From an uncultured Nitrospina sp. (lineage in GTDB: Bacteria > Nitrospinota > Nitrospinia > Nitrospinales > VA-1): a DNA stretch of 64,000 bases. A program made the translations under genes and the position numbers. The stretch is taken from contig CAYFNV010000003.1 of assembly GCA_964344595.1 (NCBI GenBank), positions 117,032 to 181,031 of the forward strand. The letters are read 5' to 3'. The notes below the pieces were generated by a model. The model was not told where the DNA came from. It saw only the letters and a program-made list of their open reading frames with translations, and searched no databases. Positions 36,586 through 45,134 of this stretch are shown piece after piece. Position 1 is the first letter of the stretch. Each line of letters opens with the position of its first letter.

Positions 36586-37571
36586 GGGCAATGATTCTGG
36601 CGGCCGGTTTTGGCACTCGCCTTAAACCTTTGACGCTTGGACTTCCAAAACCCATGTTTCCAGTATTGAACAACCCTTTGCTGGAACACACGCTGGACTT
36701 ATTAAGTTCTCAGGGCATTCAAGATATCATCGTCAACGTGCACCATTTGCCCGAGAAAATAATTGATCATTTCGGAGACGGGTCAAAATTTGGAGTGCGT
36801 CTTCAGTTCTCCAGAGAAGAAGAAATTTTAGGAACAGCTGGTGGAATTAAAAAGGCCCAACCCTTTCTTGATAAAGGAACATTTCTCGTGATGAATAGCG
36901 ATGTGCTTGCAGATATTGACATCAAAAGCATCCTAACTTTCCATAAAGAAAAAAAGTCCTGCCTGACACTGGCAGTTCGAAAGGATCCAGAACCAGAAAA
37001 GTACAAACCAATTCATTTAGCAGATAATGGACGTATCACTCAATTTGTAGATGCATCTATAAAGAATTCTTCCACGACAACAGAACGGGTCATGTTCACA
37101 GGAATCCAGATCATGGAACCGGAAATATTTTCCCGCATACCTCCCGATAAATTTTATGGAACAACAGAAGATGTATTCCCGACAATGATTGAAGAGGGGC
37201 TTCCAGTGTATGGATTCCTGCTTGATAAATACTGGATAGACATGGGCACACGGGAGACCTATATCCAGGCGCAGGTTGATGCGCTTGAAGGAAAGCTGAA
37301 ATTAAAAACCGCACCATCGAGAAACCCGGAAGGTCCATTGGTAGTACCACCGGTTCATATTGGGAAAGACAGCGAAATTTCCAACGACGCACAGGTAGGA
37401 CCTTATGCTGTTTTGGGGAACGGGTGTCGAATTCGATCAGGCGCCGTTGTGGAAAACTCTATACTTTGGGAAGGCGCTACTATTGGCTCCGGTGCTACTA
37501 TACAAAATTCGATCGTTGGAAAAGATGTTGCTGTTGAAAGCGACACTCAGGTGATGGATGAATCTCTTTAG
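36582..37571 (+). CDS. sugar-phosphate nucleotidyltransferase with C-terminal left-handed beta-helix
   Basis: ILAAGFGTRLKPLT signature; hexapeptide-repeat tail. 4-nt overlap with mtnA. Confidence 0.8.
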   Translation: MRAMILAAGFGTRLKPLTLGLPKPMFPVLNNPLLEHTLDLLSSQGIQDIIVNVHHLPEKIIDHFGDGSKFGVRLQFSREEEILGTAGGIKKAQPFLDKGTFLVMNSDVLADIDIKSILTFHKEKKSCLTLAVRKDPEPEKYKPIHLADNGRITQFVDASIKNSSTTTERVMFTGIQIMEPEIFSRIPPDKFYGTTEDVFPTMIEEGLPVYGFLLDKYWIDMGTRETYIQAQVDALEGKLKLKTAPSRNPEGPLVVPPVHIGKDSEISNDAQVGPYAVLGNGCRIRSGAVVENSILWEGATIGSGATIQNSIVGKDVAVESDTQVMDESL

Positions 37572-37750
37572 AGAAAAGCAATTACCACTATTCTTCTCGG
37601 TAGAATTTGGCAATCTATAAAGAATGCTTAACTCCCCCCTTGAAAAAGGCTGTCACCAATATCAACTCCTTACTTTTAACTTTTCCCTGACAAGAGACCT
37701 TTGAATAAAAGGTGGTTTCTGTTTTTTTTGTTAAATTTCGTTGGGTCTCA

Positions 37751-37782
37751 GGGTGAATCACTATTTTTTGCTTAATTTTCTG
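37751..37782 (+). repeat. 32-bp repeat 'B', copy 2
   Basis: 28/32 identical to 17023-17054, same orientation. Confidence 0.8.
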
Positions 37783-37819
37783 TGATCTACGTAGTTTTTA
37801 TTCCTGACCCTTATGACAT

Positions 37820-37963
37820 TTTCTGCATGATAATCAGGTTTTCCTCATCAAGAGAAAGTGCTTTTATGTTTTTGCCAGAACAAGGCATCGTTTGATATTC
37901 ATTGCCATGCATGCCAACATGATCTGAACGGCTGTCTAATTAACTCAATATATCGTGTTCTTC
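37820..37963 (-). repeat. 145-bp repeat 'A', copy 2 (inverted relative to copy 1)
   Basis: The reverse complement aligns end to end with 16878-17022. Confidence 0.9.
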
Positions 37964-37964
37964 A

Positions 37965-37988
37965 GTAACCCTGAGGCTCTCGAAGGAC
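37965..37988 (+). repeat. REP-like 24-mer related to the pair at 1643-1714
   Basis: gtaaccctgaggctctcgaaggac shares an 18-nt core (CCTGAGGCTCTCGAAGGA) with the reverse complement of 1643-1667. Confidence 0.7.
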
Positions 37989-38184
37989 ACTTTCATTTCC
38001 CATTCAAAACTTCAAAAAATAAAGGAAGATTACAAAGTAAAAAGATAATCTACATATCGCAAGCCTTAGGTACGGAAGAGATCAGCTTGAGTATGGAATA
38101 GCGTTCAATAAATTGAAGTAACCTATTGAGAATTTAGAGTAGATAGAAGAATATAGAATGAACAACTATAGGTGAGAGAATATT

Positions 38185-38466
38185 ATGAGTGAGAAAGAGT
38201 TTGAATCAAATTGGGCTAAGCGAGGTTTTTCCTTTGGGGTGGGAAGTATTAAGCTTAATGAAGGGGTTAATAATGCGGTCCACGATGACAAAGATGAACT
38301 GGTCGTCATGGTAAATGGGAGACTGGAGTTTACTATTGGTAATAAAATATTTTTTCCAGAGAAAAATACAGAAATTTTAATTCCAGCAAAGTCTAGACAC
38401 TCTATAAAAAATATTGGAACAGAAGAGTCAGTAATCTACTACGGCTATAAATCAACAAACATGTAG
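38185..38466 (+). CDS. small cupin-domain protein
   Basis: 93 aa with a cupin_2-like pattern (AVHDDKDELVVMVNGRLEF...IPAKSRHSIKN). Confidence 0.6.
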   Translation: MSEKEFESNWAKRGFSFGVGSIKLNEGVNNAVHDDKDELVVMVNGRLEFTIGNKIFFPEKNTEILIPAKSRHSIKNIGTEESVIYYGYKSTNM

Positions 38467-38580
38467 TAACCTCATCAAAAAATGGTCCAAAGGGTCGAGC
38501 TGGGTATTAAAGAGATGAAAAATTAAGGGGCATTTTCTGTTGAATCTTCTATAGACGAATGCAGCTTGAAAGAGATCTTT

Positions 38581-41500
38581 TCACTTCCCACCCAAATTTT
38601 TTGGCAGGTTCATGAGGCCTTTTAAAATACTCCCCGGTTTTTCGGTCAGGGATTTATGCGGCAACAACATAAAATCAGGTTTGCTGAGTTTGCCGTCGAC
38701 CTTGAAATAGGTTTCGATCACGCCCCCCTTTTTTCCACCTCCTAAAATCTGCCCCAGTAACGGTATCGCTTTGATGGTCTTGTCCAGCATTTGGAGAGGC
38801 ATGGCTTTGACCTGGGCCAGCACCGTGTCTTCCACCAAATTGGCCTTGCCTACCACCGATAGGTTGACCTGCGGGCTCTTCATCTCAAAATTTTCGGTGT
38901 GGACCACTCCTTTCACGATTTCAAAATCCCCTCCCAAGTAGTCATAACTCAGTCCTTCTTTTTGCGCGTTCATGGCTGTGGTGGGATTGAGCAGGGTGAG
39001 CAATCCTTCCACTGCACCGAGTTGCGGGATAGCTCCATCTACAAGTTGTATTTTCAATTTTCCGGAAAGGTTTTTGGAATATTCGGGCAGTCCCGGTATG
39101 GAGGCGCCCTGGGGCAGGGTGCCGGTTAACGCCCCGGAAAGTTTTAGCGGACCAACAAGGTGCGGCGGCAACAGTTCCTCCACTTTTAATTGGTCACCTT
39201 TGAATTTCACGCGGTAGCTGCCGGACTCGGGCTTGAAGTTGCCGGCAAGCTGGACGAGCCCGTTCTTCGGCCATATTTTTCCGTTGGTGAGATCAATATT
39301 TCCTTCAGTGACTTTAACCCATCCACTAGCCTTTTTAAAGTTCCTGTTATCGAGTTTGATCCCTTGCATGGTGAACTTCGCCTGGGTCGCACCGGAGGAA
39401 GTGAGATCGAGTTGTAATTGCTCAACTTGGTTGTTCTTATGAACAAGCTTTTCTCCTTCAAAATTTCCTTTTAGTTTCAGTTCCGAAGAAATTTTCCCGT
39501 CAGAAGGAAGCGGGACTTTAATATTCAGCTTCCCGGTCAATATTCCGGAAGAAGGGCCGTTTTCAAAAACAAGAGGGACCCAGTTGAGGTTGATGTGCTT
39601 CAACTCAATGTTAGAGTCGGCAGTGACATTGTTTTTATGGAAAACCATGTTTCCATTTGTAGCCATTTTCCCGCCGAACAGGTCGCCGTTCAGATTATGA
39701 GTGAGCTTGCCTTTTTTTAAATTTGTTTTCCCTTCCAGTTGCTGAATGTTCACCGGAAGGTTGTCTGCCGACATTTTCAGGTTGCTCACTTTAAAAACTA
39801 TGTCGATGCTCAGGTTGCTGGTCAAAATATTTTCCGCTTCCGGCAGGGGACCCTTCAGTTTGACTGTTCCTGACACAGCGCCCTGCTCGGGTTGGGTTTC
39901 TATTGGCAACTGGCTCATGTCAATATTGGCGAACTCGATTTTGTTATTGAGCACAGGAGGACTGGAACCAGAAGCTGAGAGAATAACCCTTCCATCTGAA
40001 TGAATGGTTCCGCTGAACACCTCGCCATTTAAATCATAATTTGCCTGATGGTTTTTATAATCCCCACTCCCTTCCAAATGTTTCAGGGCGAGGGTTTTGT
40101 CTGTATTTTGTAGTTTCAGGTTTTGCGCTTTGAACGATCCTTTGAGTTGTCCGGCAAAACTTTTCCCGATATCAGGAACCGGACCGGTCACTGTAAGATT
40201 ACCGGACACCAAGCCTTCTACAGGGCGCAAGCCTTCACCGGAGGGTAAGGGTAGTTGCGCCACATCCAAACTTGCCCAGTTAATCTGTTCGTTCAAAATT
40301 TGCTTGTCTTTGTTGAGTGGAAACTTTCCTTTGATATTAAAATCGCTTCCCCAAATGTTTCCTTTGAGTTCATGTTGAAGATGGCCCTTGTCGAAAATGC
40401 CATGTCCTGTTAACTGGCTCATTTCTATGATTTGGTTATCTTGTTTTAAAACCAGTCCTGTTGCCTGAAACTCGAGTGAGCCATTCAGTTGGTGGACCTC
40501 CTTTGGCAATGGACCGGTGAGGGAAGCCTTGCCGGAAACCGTTCCCTGTGTTGTGACCCACGCCATATCTTTTTTTAACGGGAGTTTTTCGATATCAAGA
40601 TTATTCCACTCAACGTTGGAGATGGAATCTTTATCGAGTCCGGAAAAGGGAAGCTTTCCATTGAGCTTGAAATCACTGCCAAGAGCGGAGCCGGAAAAGT
40701 TGTGGGTGACCACTCCTTTTGCCCAGTTTCCTCCACCTTCCAACGATTTTATGGAAACATTGTCTTTCAATAAAGTATTGCGGATTTTGAATTCAATGTG
40801 GCCGGTCATTTCGCTTTTAAGGTTTTCAATTTTGCTGAGGGATCTGAGCGGAAACTCGTTTTTTAAAAGCAGCCGGTCCACATCCATCGATTCAAGTGGA
40901 AGATCTGAGACTTCAAAAAATTGCAGGGCCGGTTGAATGTCTTGAAGTGAAAATCCACCGGTTTTTAAATTCATTGCGACTCTGGCGTTATCCGCGGTGA
41001 GGTTTGAAACCGTTCCTTCACCTTCAAACAGCATTGCTCCGGTTTGCACTTTCATTTCTCTGGCTGAAATGTCCATGCCTTCATTTCTGTTCAATTCAAA
41101 AGTTCCGTCTACGTTGAGGAGGAGTTGCTTTGAGCTTCCGGCTTGTGTAAAAGTGACTTCGCCATCGGAAACTACAAATTTTTCGATGGTCAGAGGTGTT
41201 TCTTTTACTTTCTTGGTAGTGGACTTGATGGTTTCGGAGCTGACGAATCCTGGTTCCTTTGACGGCATTTCTTTTTTTGGCTCTTCCTTTTTGGCGGGTC
41301 GTTCTTTTTCGGATGTTTTGGGGATTTCCAGCTTTATCACCGGATGCTCAAGTGCGGCGGATTTTATTTTAAACTCCCCACTGAGTAGTGGGCTCCATGC
41401 AGCGAGCAAATCCAGTCGGTCTACAGAATAATGATCGCCTTCCGGTGTGTTCACTTTTACGCCTTTGCATTGCAAGCCCAGGCCATGGGAGAAGCCGAAT

Positions 41501-41712
41501 CCTATTGAATCGATCTCTACTTTCATTCCGGTCTCACTGGCAATCTTTTCGATTAAATTTTCTTTTACCGATTCGAGGTCAATTTGTGTCAGGATGATGA
41601 GAATGACAAGAATCAGGGCAAATGGACCCCAAATCCACGGTTTCCGGGTAAACCGGGTCAATGGTGCAGATGCATTGTTTTTTGAGGGGTTAGAGGCCAT
41701 GAAAATGCTCAA
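38581..41712 (-). CDS. AsmA-family outer-membrane biogenesis / lipid-transport-like protein with internal tandem repeats
   Basis: N-terminal TM anchor. AsmA C-terminal-type region (YLGGDFEIVKGVVHTENFEMKSPQVNLSVVGKANL). At least 4 tandem ~110-aa repeats. TTG at 41712 or ATG at 41700. Confidence 0.75.
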   Translation of the reverse strand: MSIFMASNPSKNNASAPLTRFTRKPWIWGPFALILVILIILTQIDLESVKENLIEKIASETGMKVEIDSIGFGFSHGLGLQCKGVKVNTPEGDHYSVDRLDLLAAWSPLLSGEFKIKSAALEHPVIKLEIPKTSEKERPAKKEEPKKEMPSKEPGFVSSETIKSTTKKVKETPLTIEKFVVSDGEVTFTQAGSSKQLLLNVDGTFELNRNEGMDISAREMKVQTGAMLFEGEGTVSNLTADNARVAMNLKTGGFSLQDIQPALQFFEVSDLPLESMDVDRLLLKNEFPLRSLSKIENLKSEMTGHIEFKIRNTLLKDNVSIKSLEGGGNWAKGVVTHNFSGSALGSDFKLNGKLPFSGLDKDSISNVEWNNLDIEKLPLKKDMAWVTTQGTVSGKASLTGPLPKEVHQLNGSLEFQATGLVLKQDNQIIEMSQLTGHGIFDKGHLQHELKGNIWGSDFNIKGKFPLNKDKQILNEQINWASLDVAQLPLPSGEGLRPVEGLVSGNLTVTGPVPDIGKSFAGQLKGSFKAQNLKLQNTDKTLALKHLEGSGDYKNHQANYDLNGEVFSGTIHSDGRVILSASGSSPPVLNNKIEFANIDMSQLPIETQPEQGAVSGTVKLKGPLPEAENILTSNLSIDIVFKVSNLKMSADNLPVNIQQLEGKTNLKKGKLTHNLNGDLFGGKMATNGNMVFHKNNVTADSNIELKHINLNWVPLVFENGPSSGILTGKLNIKVPLPSDGKISSELKLKGNFEGEKLVHKNNQVEQLQLDLTSSGATQAKFTMQGIKLDNRNFKKASGWVKVTEGNIDLTNGKIWPKNGLVQLAGNFKPESGSYRVKFKGDQLKVEELLPPHLVGPLKLSGALTGTLPQGASIPGLPEYSKNLSGKLKIQLVDGAIPQLGAVEGLLTLLNPTTAMNAQKEGLSYDYLGGDFEIVKGVVHTENFEMKSPQVNLSVVGKANLVEDTVLAQVKAMPLQMLDKTIKAIPLLGQILGGGKKGGVIETYFKVDGKLSKPDFMLLPHKSLTEKPGSILKGLMNLPKNLGGK

Positions 41713-41904
41713 GTTATCGGGTCATATGCCGATCCCAGACTAGAGGAATAATTCCTTTATTTTAGCATATTTACCGGCCAACGGCCGGGGCAATGAGTAA
41801 GGGCTTAATTGGGCAATAAAAGAGGCGTCTCGTCTAGAGAGGCTGCGGCTTGTTTTCCTGTAAGGAAAGATAAAATTAATGAAACATATTTCGATGGTTC
41901 CATT

Positions 41905-43206
41905 ATGAAGATTTCGGAAAGGCTCCGGAGTCTTTTGTTGTTGGTGATTTTTGCCGGTGGTTTGGGTTGGGCCTGGCAGGAAGGGAAGTTGGACCCGATT
42001 ATAAAAACCGGACGGGAAATTATTTTCGGAAAGCCTCCTAAAAAGCCTACGGCGAAGGATTTCAAATTTAAACCGGTAACCAGGCAGGACGTTCACCAGA
42101 AAGTTCTGGCTACAGGAACCGTGACACTGAAGACGGGCGCGGAAGTTAAAATTGGTGCACGTATTTCCGGGCAGGTGAAAAGTCTTCAGGTAAAAATTGG
42201 TGACTTCATTCGTGCGGGAGAACTCATCGCAATTATTGAACATGAGGATCTGCTCTCCAGGGTGGCACGTTTCCAGGCTGATCTGGACGCGGAAAAAGCA
42301 CGGCTTAAAAAAATCCGCGCTGAGGGCCCTTTGGAAATTAATAAGGCTGTGGCGGAACGTGAAGAACTGCGAGTCCAGATCAAGCTGGCGCAGAAAATGG
42401 TGGAGCGTAATCAGGAACTGAACTCAAAAGGATTTGTTTCCACCACTGTACTGGATGAATCGGAAGAAAGATTGGAAGTGTTGAAAGCCAGAATCAACCT
42501 GGCAGACGAAGAATTGAAACTCAAACAGAGCCAGTTGGAAAATGATACCCGTTTGGCTGAGGCCATGGTCGACAAGGCCCAGGCGAATCTGGAAGAGGAA
42601 GAGATTCTACTTTCTTATGCTTCGATTACAGCTCCCATAGACGGCATTGTCGCTTTCGTTTCAACACAGGAAGGGGAAACCGTTGTAGCCAGCCTCAATG
42701 CTCCGACATTTGTTAATCTGATTGATTTGCGCAAACTGGAAGTCACGGTATATGTCGATGAAACAGATATAGGGCGCATCAAAGTTGGGCAGAAGGCGAA
42801 GTTCACGGTTGATACTTATCCTGAAAAGTTTTTCAATGGAAAGGTCAGGGAGATTCGTCCGAAAGCGGTGATCAAGGACAACGTGGTTAATTACGAAGTG
42901 ATTCTTGATATTAATAAAAAGAATATCGCGAAACTCCGGCCTGAGATGACTGCGAATGTTGTGGTCACTACAGGAACCCGAAAAAAAACTTTGACTATCC
43001 CGAAGGAAGCAGTCAAGCGTAAAGGCAAAAAGACTTTTGTTGTCATGAAGAAAAATGGTGGGCTCGAAGACAGGCCTGTTGAGTTGGGTTGGCGGGATGG
43101 CCGTATAATTGAAGTGGCTACAGGCCTCAACGATGGGGATGAGGTTGGTATTCCTGATAAACCTTTGGGAAAGAAACGGGAAGGTAAGAGAAGGCGGCGG
43201 CGATGA
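41905..43206 (+). CDS. HlyD/MacA-type periplasmic adaptor (membrane fusion protein)
   Basis: TM anchor MKISERLRSLLLLVIFAGG at ATG 41905 (the ORF track extends to 41809). Lipoyl/barrel-sandwich and long coiled-coil hairpin. 4-nt overlap with the ATPase gene. Confidence 0.85.
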   Translation: MKISERLRSLLLLVIFAGGLGWAWQEGKLDPIIKTGREIIFGKPPKKPTAKDFKFKPVTRQDVHQKVLATGTVTLKTGAEVKIGARISGQVKSLQVKIGDFIRAGELIAIIEHEDLLSRVARFQADLDAEKARLKKIRAEGPLEINKAVAEREELRVQIKLAQKMVERNQELNSKGFVSTTVLDESEERLEVLKARINLADEELKLKQSQLENDTRLAEAMVDKAQANLEEEEILLSYASITAPIDGIVAFVSTQEGETVVASLNAPTFVNLIDLRKLEVTVYVDETDIGRIKVGQKAKFTVDTYPEKFFNGKVREIRPKAVIKDNVVNYEVILDINKKNIAKLRPEMTANVVVTTGTRKKTLTIPKEAVKRKGKKTFVVMKKNGGLEDRPVELGWRDGRIIEVATGLNDGDEVGIPDKPLGKKREGKRRRRR

Positions 43207-43904
43207 ACCTCATTGAAATGAACTCCATCTGCAAGAGCTATCGGAACATTGGTTTCGAGACCCAGGTACTTAAAGATGTGACGCTTCATATCAAAGAGGG
43301 TGATTATGTCAGTATTATCGGTCCATCCGGCGCAGGAAAAAGCACACTCATGGCAATCATGGGTTGTTTGGCCCAGCCTACCAGCGGAGAGTACATACTT
43401 GATGGCGAGGAGGTTGGCCAGTTGAGTGACCGCAAACTTTCCCGTGTTCGCAACGAAAAAATTGGTTTTGTGTTTCAGGCCTTTCATCTGCTGCCGGGAG
43501 TCACGGCGCTGGAAAATGTCATTCTTCCCCTGGTCTATGCAAAGAGCTCTACATTTAATGCGAAGGACCGGGCTCGTGAACTTCTTGCCAAGGTGGGGCT
43601 TGAACACCGTTTGCACCACACACCAGGACAGTTGTCGGGCGGTGAGCAGCAAAGGGTAACCATAGCACGGTCTCTCATCAATAATCCCAAAATCATTCTC
43701 GCAGATGAGCCTACAGGAAACCTGGATTCAAAGAATGGTATTGAAACCATGAAAACCTTCGACAATCTCGTCAAGGAAGGAAAGACTATTGTTCTCATCA
43801 CTCATGACTCTGATGTGGCAAATCACGCCGGGCGTATCATATCCATCCGCGATGGACAGATTGATTCAGATAGTTTGGTGAGTCATGAACAAAAAACTCT
43901 TTAA
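43203..43904 (+). CDS. ABC transporter ATP-binding protein (MacB/LolD type)
   Basis: Walker A GPSGAGKST; signature LSGGEQQR; Walker B ILADEPTG. Confidence 0.9.
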   Translation: MNLIEMNSICKSYRNIGFETQVLKDVTLHIKEGDYVSIIGPSGAGKSTLMAIMGCLAQPTSGEYILDGEEVGQLSDRKLSRVRNEKIGFVFQAFHLLPGVTALENVILPLVYAKSSTFNAKDRARELLAKVGLEHRLHHTPGQLSGGEQQRVTIARSLINNPKIILADEPTGNLDSKNGIETMKTFDNLVKEGKTIVLITHDSDVANHAGRIISIRDGQIDSDSLVSHEQKTL

Positions 43905-43912
43905 GCTGACGT

Positions 43913-45127
43913 ATGCGAATTTTCAAAAACCTGAGGCAAGCCATTAGGGGATTAAGACTGAACCGTGGCAATACGGTTCTCATGACTTTGGGTGTGATGA
44001 TTGGCATCGCGTCTTTGACGGTGATTGTGGCAATTGGGGACGGCATCAAAATAAAAGTTCTCAACCGAATTACTAATTTGGGTTTTGGACCAGAATCTTT
44101 TTCTGTGATGGCTGGCGCGGGAAGAATGTTTTTTGCGCGCTCGAAGAACACCACCAGTATGACTCTTCAAGATGCTGAAGACCTGCTTGCGCTGCCAACT
44201 GTCCGGTTGGTTGTTCCCCGCCAGAGAAAAAGAATGCAGATGATCCATAAAAAGGAATTTACCAGCACCCGTGTATATGGTGTGACGCCGGATTGGCAAT
44301 TGGCCCGTGGATGGAAGATGGAGGACGGTGACTTTTTATCTGACAGTGACCTTGAACGTAGAAAAAGAGTGGTGGTTCTGGGTGCGACTCCTGCCAGAAA
44401 ACTTTTCAAAGGCAAGGACCCTGTAGGAAATATGGTGCGACTGCAAAATAATTATTATCAGGTGATCGGATTGCTTGAAGAAAAAGGACTGACCGAAAGT
44501 GGGTATGATCCTGATGACCGTGCATTGATCCCACTTACCACATCGATGTCGCGTTTGACGCACCAGACTTATCTTCACAGCATCAAGGTCGTTGCGCTCG
44601 ACTCTTCACAGGTGCCGGAAACGATGGAAGCCGTACGGCAGATTCTGCGTCGTAACCACAACCTTTCGGTATTAGCCGAAGATGATTTTCGTTTTGTAAC
44701 CCCGGAAGGAATCATGCAGTGGGTAACAGAATCGGAACAGGCGTTGAATCGTATGTTGATCCTGATTTCTACTGTCTCCCTTCTGGTTGGTGGAATCGTT
44801 ATCATGAATATACTGTTGGTATCCATCCGCGAACGGGTCAGGGAAATAGGAATCCGCCGATGTTTTGGAGCGCGACGGTCTGACATCACATTCCAGTTTT
44901 TATTTGAATCGATACTGGTTTCGCTGTTGGGAGGATTAATGGGTGTGGGGCTGGGGCTTGCGATTTCATTTTCCTTGAAACGGTTTGATATTCTACCCAC
45001 TCATGTAACGGTGGAGCCTTTTATACTCTCATTTGTGTTTTGTACGGTGATTGGTTTGATTTTCGGAATTCACCCTGCGCGCAAGGCGGCACTTTTAAGT
45101 CCGGAAGAATCAGTCCGATCCCAGTGA
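43913..45127 (+). CDS. ABC transporter permease, MacB-periplasmic-domain + FtsX family (1 of 2)
   Basis: N-terminal TM (TVLMTLGVMIGIASLTVIVAIG), a large periplasmic domain, and a C-terminal 3-TM FtsX block (RVREIGIRRCFGARR). Confidence 0.85.
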   Translation: MRIFKNLRQAIRGLRLNRGNTVLMTLGVMIGIASLTVIVAIGDGIKIKVLNRITNLGFGPESFSVMAGAGRMFFARSKNTTSMTLQDAEDLLALPTVRLVVPRQRKRMQMIHKKEFTSTRVYGVTPDWQLARGWKMEDGDFLSDSDLERRKRVVVLGATPARKLFKGKDPVGNMVRLQNNYYQVIGLLEEKGLTESGYDPDDRALIPLTTSMSRLTHQTYLHSIKVVALDSSQVPETMEAVRQILRRNHNLSVLAEDDFRFVTPEGIMQWVTESEQALNRMLILISTVSLLVGGIVIMNILLVSIRERVREIGIRRCFGARRSDITFQFLFESILVSLLGGLMGVGLGLAISFSLKRFDILPTHVTVEPFILSFVFCTVIGLIFGIHPARKAALLSPEESVRSQ

Positions 45128-45134
45128 ACAGAAG

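Noticed and set aside
37694-37730. Rho-independent terminator after the nucleotidyltransferase gene
   Set aside because: The stem is only ~6 AU-rich base pairs, and the T-run starts ~9 nt after it. That is too weak to annotate as a feature.
41711-41738. Sigma-28-like sequence CAAGTTAT-N10-GCCGATCC upstream of the adaptor gene
   Set aside because: The spacing and the -10 tail deviate from TAAAGTTT-N11-GCCGATAA. A flagellar sigma factor driving an efflux operon is also implausible without further evidence.
41809-41904. 32-codon N-terminal extension of the adaptor ORF in the track
   Set aside because: The internal ATG at 41905 begins a typical membrane-fusion-protein signal anchor (MKISERLRSLLLLVIFAGG). 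The extension overlaps the palindrome-rich promoter region.
42891-43652. 253-aa minus-strand ORF spanning the adaptor/ATPase junction
   Set aside because: It overlaps two well-supported plus-strand genes (HlyD-type adaptor and an ATPase with Walker A/B). There is no independent evidence for it.
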